Assembly (NCBI GenBank): GCA_964626205.1
Contig: CAZVED010000001.1
Location: 961 to 64,960, forward strand
Source: an uncultured Gammaproteobacteria bacterium
Lineage (GTDB): Bacteria > Patescibacteriota > Patescibacteriia > SG8-24
DNA length: 64,000 nucleotides
Reading direction: 5' to 3'
The notes below the pieces were generated by a model. The model saw only the letters and a list, made by a program, of their open reading frames with translations. It did not search any database and had not been told where the DNA came from. Numbering within the stretch: position 1 is the first letter of the stretch; every line of letters begins with the position of its first letter. Of this stretch, positions 53,182 to 62,885 are shown in pieces. The position numbers and the translations under genes were made by a program.

Positions 53182-54462
53182 ATGGGAAAAGGTACATCCA
53201 CGTTCAGAATCCACGGGGGGAAGCCGCTTGACGGCGTCATTCCGGTCAAGGGTATGAAGAACGCCGCGACACCCATCATCGCGGCGACGTTGCTCGTTCG
53301 GGAGCCGGTGACGCTCACGAACATGCCGCGCTTGTCGGACGTTGAGCGGATGTTCGACATCCTGCGCTCCGTCGGCACGGAGGTGGAATGGATCGGCGAC
53401 GACGAGGTGCGCATCGACGCGTCGAAAGCTGATATCGGCACCATCGACGAGAAGGCGGTGAAGGCAATGCGATCATCCATTCTGGTCCTCGGCGCACTGC
53501 TTTCGCGTTTTCATCATGTCCGTCTTCCGGAGCCGGGAGGGTGCATCATCGGTAACCGGCCAATCGACGCCCATCTTGTCGGCCTCGAGCAGCTCGGCGC
53601 GAAGGTCGTGCGTGAGGACGACATGCTCGATCTCTCGACCGACGGCCTCGTCGGTTCGACGGTCATCTTACCACAATTCTCGGTCACAGCAACGGAGAAT
53701 CTTATCATCGCGGCCGTGCTCGCGAAGGGTGTGACGACGATCCATATGGCGGCTGCGGAGCCACATGTGCAGGACCTCATCGATTTCCTCACTGCTGCCG
53801 GCGCCTCCATTCGCTGGGCCGGTCAGCACATCCTCGAAATCACGGGCGTCGAGAAGCTCCACGGCACCACGCATCGCATCATCGCAGACCAAATCGAGGC
53901 GGGCACGTTCGCCGTGCTCGGCGCGCTCACCAAGGGGACGCTTCACGTCACCGGCGTCGATCATCGCCACATGCATATCATCACGCTGTTGTTGCGCACT
54001 GCGGGCGTGGATTTCGACGTCGAGGACGATGCCTACGTGATGCGTTCAGGCGGCACACTCAAGGCGTTGCCGGCACATTGGCTCAAGGCGTTGCCGTATC
54101 CGGGATTCCCCACAGACCTCCAAGCTCCGTTCGGCGTACTTGCCACGCAATGCCAAGGCACCACGCTCATCCAGGATCCGCTCTATGAAGGCCGTTTGGG
54201 GTACATCAACGAACTCACGAAGATGGGTGCCAACGCGACCATTTGCGACCCGCATCGTGTGCTCGTCTCCGGCCCGACACCCTTGTACGGCCAGGAGATC
54301 CAGAGCCTCGATCTCCGCGCCGGCGCAACGCTCGTTATCGCTGGACTCGTCGCACAGGGTGTGACAACGCTCAAGGATGCACAGGTTCTTGACCGGGGGT
54401 ACGACCGCTTCGACGAGCGTCTCCGTGCGGTCGGTGCAGACATTCAACGTATCGAGGGATAA
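53182..54462 (+). CDS. murA: UDP-N-acetylglucosamine 1-carboxyvinyltransferase
   Basis: FRIHGGKPLDGVIPVKGMKNAATPIIAATLL..., 426 aa, characteristic EPT-family repeats; start at ATG 53182 (the ORF-track start 52957 has no homology). Confidence 0.9.
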   Translation: MGKGTSTFRIHGGKPLDGVIPVKGMKNAATPIIAATLLVREPVTLTNMPRLSDVERMFDILRSVGTEVEWIGDDEVRIDASKADIGTIDEKAVKAMRSSILVLGALLSRFHHVRLPEPGGCIIGNRPIDAHLVGLEQLGAKVVREDDMLDLSTDGLVGSTVILPQFSVTATENLIIAAVLAKGVTTIHMAAAEPHVQDLIDFLTAAGASIRWAGQHILEITGVEKLHGTTHRIIADQIEAGTFAVLGALTKGTLHVTGVDHRHMHIITLLLRTAGVDFDVEDDAYVMRSGGTLKALPAHWLKALPYPGFPTDLQAPFGVLATQCQGTTLIQDPLYEGRLGYINELTKMGANATICDPHRVLVSGPTPLYGQEIQSLDLRAGATLVIAGLVAQGVTTLKDAQVLDRGYDRFDERLRAVGADIQRIEG

Positions 54463-54492
54463 ACGAAAACGCCTTGAAAAGGGCGTTTTTCC
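54463..54492 (+). terminator. rho-independent terminator
   Basis: AAAACGCCtT-gaaaa-GGGCGTTTTTCC after the murA stop. Confidence 0.6.
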
Positions 54493-54586
54493 GTACATTG
54501 ACCAGCCTTGCTCGGACTGGTACACTTGCGTCATATACGGCTCCCACAGGGCGCCGAGCCTCCTCGCGGGGCTTTTCTCAAGGGCT

Positions 54587-55903
54587 ATGGACAATCAAGA
54601 ATCGCGACAGACCACACCGAAGTCCGAGGATTCGGTCATGAAAGGCTATACCTACGGCGTCGTCATGGCGCTGGCAGTGACTTTGAGTTTCATCGCTGGT
54701 GTCTTCATGGGTGATCTCCGCCCGGCATCCGGATCGCCGGGAGCGCAGGCGCGCCTTACCGGTATCGGCTCCATGGCACCGAAGGAGTTCAGCGATGTCG
54801 ATTTCTCCGCATTTTGGGAAGTCTGGTCCATGATCAAGGAGCGTTCCGTCGAGGAAGAGGTCTCCGATCTCGATCTGTTCTATGGCGCAGTATCCGGCAT
54901 GGTCGGAGCGTTAGACGACCCGTATTCGGTGTTCTTCGATCCGGCGCTCGCCACCGAATTCGCCAACGGACTCGAAGGGGAATTCGAGGGTATTGGTGCT
55001 GAGATCGGCATCAAGCGCAATCAGCTCATCGTTATTGCTCCGTTGCCGGAGACTCCTGCTGAGCGTGCGGGTCTGAAGCCGGGTGATGCCATCCTCGCTA
55101 TCGACGACGAGGACACGTTCGGCATGTTCCTCGATGAGGCGGTTCGCCGCATTCGTGGCACAGGAGGCACCGATGTACGCTTGCTCATTTATCGCGACGG
55201 TATGACGGAACCGGAAGAGGTTGTCATCACTCGTGCACGCATCACGGTCGACTCCGTGAAGTTCAGCGTTATTGAGCGCGACGGAAAGAAGGTCGCACAT
55301 CTCGTCATCTCGAGTTTCAACGAAACGACCGCCGCAGGATTCTCGGACGCGGTCCGTAAGTCGCTTTTGGAGGACGTTGACGGTGTTGTGCTCGATATGC
55401 GGAGCAATCCGGGAGGGTACCTCGATACCGCAGTGAAGGTCGCGGGGGAGTGGGTTCCGCGCGATGTCGTTCTCATCGAGCAGTTCACCGAGGGTGACAG
55501 CCGTACGTACTCGTCCGAAGGGAATGCGCGATTAACGCGCATGCCGACGGTCGTGCTGGTGAACGGGGGGTCCGCATCCGCATCGGAGATCGTGGCGGGC
55601 GCGTTGCAGGACCACGATAAGGCGTATGTCATCGGCGAACAGACGTTTGGCAAAGGCTCGGTACAGGACTACGTCGAGTTCGAGGACGGTTCCGCGCTCA
55701 AGCTCACCATCGCGCGCTGGCTCACGCCTGACGGCAGGTCCATCGACAAGGAGGGTATCCGACCCGACGAAATCGTCGCTTTAACAGACGAAGATTACGA
55801 TGCCGACCGCGACCCGCAGCTCGACCGCGCGGTCGAGGCGGTGCTGTACCCGGATCGTCGCACGCCGACACCGCTTCCGGAAGAGGAATCCGTAACGCCA
55901 TGA
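54587..55903 (+). CDS. ctpA: carboxy-terminal processing protease (S41 family) with PDZ domain and N-terminal TM
   Basis: TM GVVMALAVTLSFIAGVFMG; PDZ GLKPGDAILAIDD; S41 core LVNGGSASASEIVAGALQD...GEQTFGKGSVQ (Ser/Lys dyad context). Confidence 0.8.
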   Translation: MDNQESRQTTPKSEDSVMKGYTYGVVMALAVTLSFIAGVFMGDLRPASGSPGAQARLTGIGSMAPKEFSDVDFSAFWEVWSMIKERSVEEEVSDLDLFYGAVSGMVGALDDPYSVFFDPALATEFANGLEGEFEGIGAEIGIKRNQLIVIAPLPETPAERAGLKPGDAILAIDDEDTFGMFLDEAVRRIRGTGGTDVRLLIYRDGMTEPEEVVITRARITVDSVKFSVIERDGKKVAHLVISSFNETTAAGFSDAVRKSLLEDVDGVVLDMRSNPGGYLDTAVKVAGEWVPRDVVLIEQFTEGDSRTYSSEGNARLTRMPTVVLVNGGSASASEIVAGALQDHDKAYVIGEQTFGKGSVQDYVEFEDGSALKLTIARWLTPDGRSIDKEGIRPDEIVALTDEDYDADRDPQLDRAVEAVLYPDRRTPTPLPEEESVTP

Positions 55904-56544
55904 CGACGCCTATGCCTCCACGGGAAACCCAAGACGGGCGGCACCAGCGACGGCAAGCGCCGCGCCGTCGCCGTATTGAACGGAAGGAGGGTGAGCCGGT
56001 GCTCGTCGAGCAGTGCGCCGGCGGCATCGTTTTCAAGCGCACGCCGAAGGGCGTGATGGTCGCGTTGCTCACCGATCCGTACGGATGGTGGTCGTTCGCG
56101 AAGGGTCATGTGGAGAAAGGTGAGACGCTCGAGCAGGCAGCGTTGCGCGAGACACGCGAGGAAATGGGTCTCGGTCGGCTCCGTGTCATCATGAAGCTCG
56201 GCACCATCGATCTCTGGTTCCGCGACCGCTACCGCGAGGCGTCGCGTGGCGCGCTCATCCACAAGTACGTCACGTATTTCCTGATGGAAGCGCCGCCGAG
56301 CGCCAAGGGCATGCCGCAGAAGAAAGAGCGCATCCGCCGGCTTACGTGGGTCCCGCTCCGCCAGGTGAAGTACAAGTCCGGCTACCGCGACATGCAGCCG
56401 TTGCTCGCGAAAATGCGCGCCTATTTCGGCTCGGAATTTGGCGTTCGCCGTGCTCCGCACCAGCATCCGCCGAAGCCACCGCAGTCACCTGCAGCGCCTC
56501 AGCAACGACCACCACAAGCCCCGTCGAAGGACTTCATTATCTGA
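55900..56544 (+). CDS. NUDIX hydrolase
   Basis: Nudix box GHVEKGETLEQAALRETREEMGL (G-x5-E-x7-REUxEExGU); Pro-rich C-terminal tail. Confidence 0.7.
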   Translation: MTTPMPPRETQDGRHQRRQAPRRRRIERKEGEPVLVEQCAGGIVFKRTPKGVMVALLTDPYGWWSFAKGHVEKGETLEQAALRETREEMGLGRLRVIMKLGTIDLWFRDRYREASRGALIHKYVTYFLMEAPPSAKGMPQKKERIRRLTWVPLRQVKYKSGYRDMQPLLAKMRAYFGSEFGVRRAPHQHPPKPPQSPAAPQQRPPQAPSKDFII

Positions 56545-56597
56545 TTGAAGGGCTGTCGGTGGCGTGCTAGACTGCGGGAGGAGTAACCCCCACCCCC

Positions 56598-58232
56598 ATG
56601 GCAAAAGCCAAATACATCTTCATCGTCGGTGGCGTCATGTCCGGAGTGGGCAAGGGCGCGGCATGCGCCTCCATCGGGCGTATTTTGCAAGGTGCGGGAT
56701 ACCGCGTGACGGCCATCAAGATCGACCCGTACATCAACGTCGATGCGGGAACCATGAATCCGGTGGAGCATGGGGAGGTCTTCGTTACTGCCGACGGCGA
56801 CGAGACGGACCAGGACATCGGCAACTACGAGCGCTTCCTCGATCAGGACATCACGTCGGTCAACTACATGACGACCGGGCGCGTGTATCAGGAGGTCATC
56901 CGTAAGGAGCGCAACCTCGAGTACGGCGGCAAGACGGTGGAGGTGGTGCCGCATGTTCCGGAAGAAGTCATCCGCCGCATCAAGGCCGCGCAGCGCAAGG
57001 CGAAGGCCGACTTCGTCATGATCGAGATCGGTGGGACGGTGGGCGAGTACCAGAACGTGCTCTTCTTGGAGGCTGCGCGCATGATGAAGCTCGAGTCGCC
57101 GAAGGACGTCATGACCATTCTCGTGAGCTACCTGCCGATCCCGTCAAAGACGGGGGAGATGAAGACCAAGCCGACACAGTACGCGGTTCGCACGCTCAAC
57201 TCCGCAGGCATCCAGCCGGATTTCATTCTCGCGCGCGCCGAACGCGAAGTGGACGAACCACGGCGGAAGAAGCTTTCGGTGTTCTGCGGCATCGGACCGG
57301 ATGACGTCATCTCCGCTCCAGACGTGGATTCCATCTACGAGATCCCGCTCAATTTCGCCAAACAAGGTCTCGACCGCAACATCCTCCGGAAGTTCGGTAT
57401 GCGTCAACGCAAACAGGACCTCAAGGAGTGGAAGAAGCTTGTGCGCAACATCCATACCGCCGAGAAGCCGGTCCGCATCGGTATCGTCGGGAAATACTTC
57501 ACGACCGGCTCGTTCACGCTTGTTGACTCGTATCTTTCGGTACTGGAGGCGCTGAAGCACGCCGCCTGGAGCCGTCATGCCAAGCCGCAGCTCGAATGGC
57601 TCAACGCCGAGGAATTTGAACAGGGTGGCGCATCGCTGAAGAAGCTCTCGCAGTACGACGGTATCGTCATTCCGGGCGGCTTCGGCGCACGCGGTGTGGA
57701 AGGCAAGATCAACGTCATCAAGTACTGTCGCGAGAAGAAGATTCCGTACTTCGGGCTTTGCTACGGCATGCAGCTCGCGGTCGTTGAGTTCGCGAGACAT
57801 GTCGGGAAACTCAAGGGTGCCAACACCGCCGAGGTGGACCCGAAGTCGCCGCACCAGGTCGTCCACATCATGCCGGAGCAGGAGGCTATCCTGAAAGCGA
57901 AGAACTTCGGCGGATCCATGCGTCTCGGTGAGTACGACTGTGTCCTCGCGGAGGGCACCTCGTCCCGCCGTGCGTACGGAGCAGGGAAGATTGTCGAGCG
58001 CCACCGCCATCGCTACGAGGTCAACAACGCGTACCGCGAACGGCTGCGCGACGCCGGCCTCGTCATCGCCGGCACTTCGCCGGACGGCCTGCTCGTGGAG
58101 ATTATCGAGCATAAAGACCACCCGTTCTTTGTCGGCGTGCAGTTCCATCCGGAACTCCTCTCGCGTCCATTGCGACCACATCCGTTGTTCAGCGCTTTCG
58201 TGAAGGCGTGCATGGGGAAAAAGAAACGCTGA
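56598..58232 (+). CDS. pyrG: CTP synthase
   Basis: MAKAKYIFIVGGVMSGVGKGAACASIGRIL...; C-terminal glutamine-amidotransferase domain with GLCYGMQLAV and HPE; 544 aa. Confidence 0.95.
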   Translation: MAKAKYIFIVGGVMSGVGKGAACASIGRILQGAGYRVTAIKIDPYINVDAGTMNPVEHGEVFVTADGDETDQDIGNYERFLDQDITSVNYMTTGRVYQEVIRKERNLEYGGKTVEVVPHVPEEVIRRIKAAQRKAKADFVMIEIGGTVGEYQNVLFLEAARMMKLESPKDVMTILVSYLPIPSKTGEMKTKPTQYAVRTLNSAGIQPDFILARAEREVDEPRRKKLSVFCGIGPDDVISAPDVDSIYEIPLNFAKQGLDRNILRKFGMRQRKQDLKEWKKLVRNIHTAEKPVRIGIVGKYFTTGSFTLVDSYLSVLEALKHAAWSRHAKPQLEWLNAEEFEQGGASLKKLSQYDGIVIPGGFGARGVEGKINVIKYCREKKIPYFGLCYGMQLAVVEFARHVGKLKGANTAEVDPKSPHQVVHIMPEQEAILKAKNFGGSMRLGEYDCVLAEGTSSRRAYGAGKIVERHRHRYEVNNAYRERLRDAGLVIAGTSPDGLLVEIIEHKDHPFFVGVQFHPELLSRPLRPHPLFSAFVKACMGKKKR

Positions 58233-58239
58233 GAACGAA

Positions 58240-58268
58240 AAAAACGCCCGTGAGGGCGTTTTCGTTTT
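58240..58268. terminator. bidirectional rho-independent terminator
   Basis: AAAAACGCCC-gtga-GGGCGTTTTCGTTTT between convergent pyrG and rpmA. Confidence 0.6.
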
Positions 58269-58279
58269 GCGTCGGAGGC

Positions 58280-58615
58280 TTACGCCTTCTTCGCGATCTT
58301 CTTTGCCTTCTTCACTTCAGCGGCGGCTGGAGCTTCGGCTTCCGGGACGACGGACACGAAGTTGGCGTCTTCCAATTTGCCGTGGAATTTGCGGACCTTG
58401 CGCTTGGCGAAGTGCACGATGCCCGGCATCGTCGCGAACAAGGTGTCATCGCCTCCACGCTCGACATTCTTTCCGGCGCGGAATTTGGAGCCACGCTGGC
58501 GGATAAGAATGGCGCCCTGCTTGGCGTACTGACCCTCATACAGCTTCACGCCGAGGCGCTTGGCGATGGAATCGCGTCCTAATTGTGTTGAGCCGCCGGC
58601 TTTTTTACTTGCCAT
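58280..58615 (-). CDS. rpmA: 50S ribosomal protein L27 with a Lys/Ala-rich C-terminal extension
   Basis: [61 protein letters not shown] matches the L27 core; extra ~25-aa tail [20 protein letters not shown]. Confidence 0.9.
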   Translation of the reverse strand: MASKKAGGSTQLGRDSIAKRLGVKLYEGQYAKQGAILIRQRGSKFRAGKNVERGGDDTLFATMPGIVHFAKRKVRKFHGKLEDANFVSVVPEAEAPAAAEVKKAKKIAKKA

Positions 58616-58708
58616 AGGGTCTGGTGGATAAGAGGATTTCGGATAGGGGCAGTATAAGGGAAGGGCTGGGGGCCGTCAAGAGGTGGTAGGCAGGGCAGGA
58701 TTGAGCCT

Positions 58709-58813
58709 ATGACGGCACGGGTCCTGCCGCTGGGTTTCTCCACTTCACCGTGCGCCAGAGGCGCACGGCTTGTGGAGGCCTCTCCCAGCGTCACCCGTGC
58801 TTTGCCAAGACTT
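58709..58813 (-). repeat. family-C conserved ~105-nt structured hairpin element, copy 2 (in the rpmA upstream region)
   Basis: minus-strand sequence AAGTCTTGGCAAAGCACGGGTGACGCTGGGAGAGGCCTCCACAAGCCGTGCGCCTCTGGCGCACGGTGAAGTGGAGAAACCCAGCGGCAGGACCCGTGCCGTCATA; pairs preserved by compensatory C:G to T:A changes relative to copy 1. Confidence 0.6.
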
Positions 58814-58928
58814 TGGCCTATCCCATCCTCCCACCCGTGCTCCATCCCGCTTACTGCCCCTGGGAGGTGGTCTAAGGGCAAGGTCGCCCCTAGACCACCA
58901 AGAATTGGCGTGATAGGCTCGGCACACT

Positions 58929-60113
58929 ATGGAGTCCGCTTCTCGCGCTTATCTGGATCATGCTGCCTCGACCCCGCTGTGCGCGGAGGCGGCTTCGGCG
59001 ATGGCTGCCGTTCCGACCGTCGGCAACCCATCGTCCGTTCATGCCGAGGGGCTGGCGCTTCGTCGGCTCGTTGATGACGCTCGCGCCAAGGTCGCGCGGC
59101 TCCTGGAGGTTCCTGCGGATCGGTGTGTCTTCACGTCTGGCGCCACCGAGGCGAACCTGCTCGGCGTCATGGGGTACATCCGTGCGGTCCGCGAGCTCAT
59201 CCCGGACGGTGTCTTGCATGCGGTCACGACGCCGATCGAGCACGCATCCATGAGTCAGGCGCTCGCATTGGCGGCAGAGGAATACGGCATCGTCGTCGAT
59301 ACGGTTCCGGTCGACGAGCGCGGCGTCGTTCGTGCGGAGGACATCCGTGCGGCCATGACGGACCGGACGATTCTCGTTTCCTGCATGTGGGCGAACAACG
59401 TCTTCGGTTCCGTGCAACCGATGAAAGCCATCGGTGATGTCGTGGCCTCGACACGTGCGGCACGGGAGGCGGCCGCGCTCCCGCTCGCGTTCATGACGGA
59501 TGCAGTGCAAGCGGTACGGACGTTGCCGGTGGCACCGCATGCGGTCGGCGCGGATATCCTGACGGCCTCGTCACATAAAATCTACGGTCCCAAGGGCGTC
59601 GGGCTTCTCATGGTTCGTGCAGGCACCCCATTCCGTCCGCTCGCGGCTGGTGGCGGGCAGGAGCGCGGCCTGCGTGGCGGAACGGAGAACGTCGCAGGCA
59701 TCGTCGGGTTCGGCGCTGCGGCGGAGGTACTACGCGAACGTCGGAAGGAGGATCGCGTACATGCGGAGTCGCTTCGAAGAGCATTTGTCGCCACGCTTCA
59801 AGATCGTCTTGGCGCCAAGGTCGCCGTGCTTGGCGATACGTCCGGCGAGGATGCGCTTCCCGACGTCGTGTTCCTGCAAGCATACGGTGCAGACGCGGAA
59901 ACGCTCATCGTGAAGCTCGATGTCGCGGGGTTCGCGGTCTCGGCAGGTTCGGCATGCGACTCCGGGAAACGCCGCTCCGCTTCCGCCGTGCGCGCGGCGT
60001 ACGGCGATCGTGTGGCCAGGGACGGCGGTATCCGTATCTCTTTCGGACGCGAGACGCGCGTCGAGGATCTTCTCCGATTCACCGACGCATTGGAGCGCGT
60101 CATTCGGAACTGA
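58929..60113 (+). CDS. cysteine desulfurase (class V PLP-dependent aminotransferase, NifS/IscS-like)
   Basis: AYLDHAASTPL, FTSGATEANL, PLP-lysine context SSHKIYGPKGVGLL, active-site Cys loop SAGSACDSG. Confidence 0.8.
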   Translation: MESASRAYLDHAASTPLCAEAASAMAAVPTVGNPSSVHAEGLALRRLVDDARAKVARLLEVPADRCVFTSGATEANLLGVMGYIRAVRELIPDGVLHAVTTPIEHASMSQALALAAEEYGIVVDTVPVDERGVVRAEDIRAAMTDRTILVSCMWANNVFGSVQPMKAIGDVVASTRAAREAAALPLAFMTDAVQAVRTLPVAPHAVGADILTASSHKIYGPKGVGLLMVRAGTPFRPLAAGGGQERGLRGGTENVAGIVGFGAAAEVLRERRKEDRVHAESLRRAFVATLQDRLGAKVAVLGDTSGEDALPDVVFLQAYGADAETLIVKLDVAGFAVSAGSACDSGKRRSASAVRAAYGDRVARDGGIRISFGRETRVEDLLRFTDALERVIRN

Positions 60114-60146
60114 AACACCCACCTCTTGATGAGGTGGGTGTTTTGC
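60114..60146. terminator. bidirectional rho-independent terminator
   Basis: AACACCCACCTC-ttgat-GAGGTGGGTGTTTTG between convergent genes. Confidence 0.6.
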
Positions 60147-60149
60147 ATA

Positions 60150-60557
60150 TCAGCTACCCGTGGCGTCCGCGGAGGGTTCTTCAGGAGGAGGTGGGGGAGG
60201 CGGAGGAACGACGATGGGAGCGAACGGGTTCCGGAGGTCTGATGGAATGGGTTCGACAGATGCGCGCAGGCGCTCTTGTTCCGAACGCAGGCGATCGATG
60301 AGCTCCGGCGCAAGCAATGCATCATCGCGACGCGTCGCACCGACGGCCGCTTCGGGAACGGTGAATGCGTCGTTCAGCACGTTCATGACGAACGCGACGG
60401 CGAAAGCGATGCCAACACCCCCCACGATGATCGCGGCGGCAACAAGGACCTTTGCGAGCGTGCGCCCATCCTTCCAGAAGGCGAGTGAGAAACGTTTTGG
60501 CATGACCGGCATGGCTAGTTTTCCCATACGAATGCAGGTGAAGAGTTCGCCAACCAA
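60150..60557 (-). CDS. small membrane protein with proline-rich C-terminal tail, last gene of the pilMNO operon (PilP-like role possible)
   Basis: TM VLVAAAIIVGGVGIAFAVAFV; coiled-coil segment; PPPPPPPPEEP tail; start overlaps the pilO end. Confidence 0.4.
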   Translation of the reverse strand: MVGELFTCIRMGKLAMPVMPKRFSLAFWKDGRTLAKVLVAAAIIVGGVGIAFAVAFVMNVLNDAFTVPEAAVGATRRDDALLAPELIDRLRSEQERLRASVEPIPSDLRNPFAPIVVPPPPPPPPEEPSADATGS

Positions 60558-61081
60558 TGAATCCGTCCGACCATGCGGACGTCGACCGTTCCTGGAGCGA
60601 CGCTCGAGGTCTGTGCTTCGCTGATACGGATATCGTGGATACTGATGCGATACGGGAGAGCTTCCGTGTTGCGGAGGTATCGCAGGATGTCGGGGAACGG
60701 TCCTCGCAAGGTGACCGTCAACGGGATGCTCTTCTCCCAGTCGGAGACGGTCTGCTGGTTCGCGGTATCCAGATTGATGGTCTGCACGAGGCCGATGTCT
60801 TCCGCGACACTCTCCAGCGCTTGGATGAAACGCAGCTCCTCGCCTTCGCGGATGGCATAGCTGTTAACCTCGCTGGTGATTTCGCGGGTCGCCTGCAGGT
60901 TCGCCGCGAGATCGCGGAGCGCCTGTTGTTGCCGGTACTGTTGGTCCATCGCGATTTGCGCCGCGTCGATGTCTTCGCGGATAGCCTTGATGGAGAGCAG
61001 CGTCGGAAGGATGATGCCGAAACTGACCAGGAGGATGCCTCCGGACAACGAGAGCGTCGCTTTGAGCTTGGAGAGCATCAT
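60515..61081 (-). CDS. pilO: type IV pilus assembly protein PilO-like
   Basis: N-terminal TM then coiled-coil then C-terminal alpha/beta domain; 188 aa; positioned after pilN with overlapping stop/start. Confidence 0.55.
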   Translation of the reverse strand: MMLSKLKATLSLSGGILLVSFGIILPTLLSIKAIREDIDAAQIAMDQQYRQQQALRDLAANLQATREITSEVNSYAIREGEELRFIQALESVAEDIGLVQTINLDTANQQTVSDWEKSIPLTVTLRGPFPDILRYLRNTEALPYRISIHDIRISEAQTSSVAPGTVDVRMVGRIHWLANSSPAFVWEN

Positions 61082-61620
61082 AGACCGAGGTCGACAAGCG
61101 GTTGATAGGTCGCCTCGAACGTGAATTGCACGTCGGTGCGCTGCAGGATGTTGGAGAGCGGTGAAGAGATGGAGGAGAACAAGCCGGATGCTTCCAGTGC
61201 GTCATTGTAGCGCAGGACGTGGTCACGCGTCGGTGCCATGCCGCGGACAGACACCTTTCCTTTCGGTGTCACGTCGATACCGGCAAGCCGGATACCGGAG
61301 GGTGTGGCTTCCGCAAGTCCGACAAAAACGTCCGACCAGGCAATGGCCTGTCGCTGTACGGCATCGACACGCTTGAGGTAGGCATCGATGTTCCGGATCT
61401 CGGCGCGCGTTGAACCGGATTCCGTGGAGATTTCGTCGGCGCGTCCGGCGAGATCGTCGTGGAATCCGCGTAGCACGAAACGGAGGGAGACGAGCGTTAC
61501 GGCGAAGATGCAGGCGAGAATGAGGAAGGAGAGCAGGATGTTCTCTACGTACGTGATGACGAGCCCGGCACGGAGCGCCTGCTGTTTCTCGCTGGGGAGG
61601 AGATTGATGGTGAAGCGCAT
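61078..61620 (-). CDS. pilN: type IV pilus assembly protein PilN
   Basis: hallmark N-terminus MRFTINLLPSE, single TM, periplasmic coiled-coil and alpha/beta domain; 180 aa. Confidence 0.65.
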   Translation of the reverse strand: MRFTINLLPSEKQQALRAGLVITYVENILLSFLILACIFAVTLVSLRFVLRGFHDDLAGRADEISTESGSTRAEIRNIDAYLKRVDAVQRQAIAWSDVFVGLAEATPSGIRLAGIDVTPKGKVSVRGMAPTRDHVLRYNDALEASGLFSSISSPLSNILQRTDVQFTFEATYQPLVDLGL

Positions 61621-61632
61621 AGGGCCTTGGTG

Positions 61633-62853
61633 TCAGTGTGTCGGTTCTCCTGCCTCCTCGATCGCGCGCAGGGCCAGACCGATGGCAGTCGCGTAGGACA
61701 GGCCGTTCGCGGTCGGGAATCGTTTCGGCAGTTTCTCGTTCAGATTCACAAACGCGTTGCCGCGGCGCACCTTGATGCCGAGCTTACGTGAGAGGACGGT
61801 GTCGATCTCCTTGAAGTAGGCGCCGCCGCCGCACAGGTAGACACGGTCGATGCGCTTTCCGGATTCGAAACCGATGCGGTAGAAGCGCAGCGCGTTCCGG
61901 ATGCGCTCACTCATCTCGTCGATGAATGGCAGGAGGATGTTCCACATGCGGTCTTCGCAGAGCTGCACATCGAGGCCGCATTCGATCTTCATGCGTTCGG
62001 CTTCTTCTGATTCCACGCCGAGCTTCTCGGCGACGACCTGGGTGATCTGGTTGCCGGAAATCGGAATGCCGATGGAAATCTGCAGCGTGTTCTCGTCGTA
62101 GATGATGAGGCTAGACCGTGTCGCGCCGATGTCGAGCATGGCGAGACGAACCTTGTCCATCTTCGCGTCAGGCACGATGGCACGCGTGACGGCCATGCCT
62201 TCGATCTCCATGGCCGCAGGGATAAGGCCAGCCCCTTCGATGAGTGCCGCATATTTGTCCACGAGATCGCGCGGAGCAGCGGCAATGAGTACACCGTGAC
62301 GTGTATCCGTCGTGGCATCCGTGGCGATGGTGGCGTCTGCGGCGTCGTCGCCGTATTCCGGGGCCTGCGTCGCGATTGCTGGCGCATGTCCGTCATCGAC
62401 GTCGTCATCATCAGATATCGTGACATCAGCACTGGTCGATGCGGTCGGTGCGAGGATGCGTTGCCAGTCGAAATAGAGTTCTTCGAGGGGGAGTGGAATG
62501 TTTTGCCGTACTTCCTCGGCGACCGCTTTCCGTAGCGCGTCGTCGTCCATATCTGCGGAGACACGGATGACCTTCACGAACGTCTTTGCTTCGGGAAGGC
62601 TCGCGACGACAGTCTTGCCGCGCAGACGGCCTTGGGATTCCTTGAGGAGGCGCTTGAGGAGCGCGATCGCGGCATCCATCTGCAAGATATCGCCGTTGTC
62701 CATGACTTCGGCGGGTACGTCAACAGAGCCCCATGCGGAGAGGAAGAACGGGGAGGTCTTGGATCGCTTCCGCGTGATTTGGATGAGCTTGAACGAACGG
62801 TCGCCGAGGTCAAGCCCGAACGCGTGCGAAAGAGGGTTGAAGAACATGCTCAT
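61633..62853 (-). CDS. pilM: type IV pilus assembly ATPase-like protein PilM (actin/FtsA fold) with an acidic insertion
   Basis: N-terminus FGLDLGDRSFKLIQI; C-terminal actin-like half MLDIGATRSSLIIYDENTL...RVYLCGGGA; about 45-aa Asp-rich insertion (ISDDDDVDDGHAPAIATQAPEYGDDAADATIATDATTD). Confidence 0.8.
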   Translation of the reverse strand: MSMFFNPLSHAFGLDLGDRSFKLIQITRKRSKTSPFFLSAWGSVDVPAEVMDNGDILQMDAAIALLKRLLKESQGRLRGKTVVASLPEAKTFVKVIRVSADMDDDALRKAVAEEVRQNIPLPLEELYFDWQRILAPTASTSADVTISDDDDVDDGHAPAIATQAPEYGDDAADATIATDATTDTRHGVLIAAAPRDLVDKYAALIEGAGLIPAAMEIEGMAVTRAIVPDAKMDKVRLAMLDIGATRSSLIIYDENTLQISIGIPISGNQITQVVAEKLGVESEEAERMKIECGLDVQLCEDRMWNILLPFIDEMSERIRNALRFYRIGFESGKRIDRVYLCGGGAYFKEIDTVLSRKLGIKVRRGNAFVNLNEKLPKRFPTANGLSYATAIGLALRAIEEAGEPTH

Positions 62854-62885
62854 AGGAGAGGTCCGATGAGCCTAAGTATACCGTA

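Noticed and set aside
57144-58181. 345-aa minus-strand ORF opposite pyrG
   Set aside because: pyrG is unambiguous.
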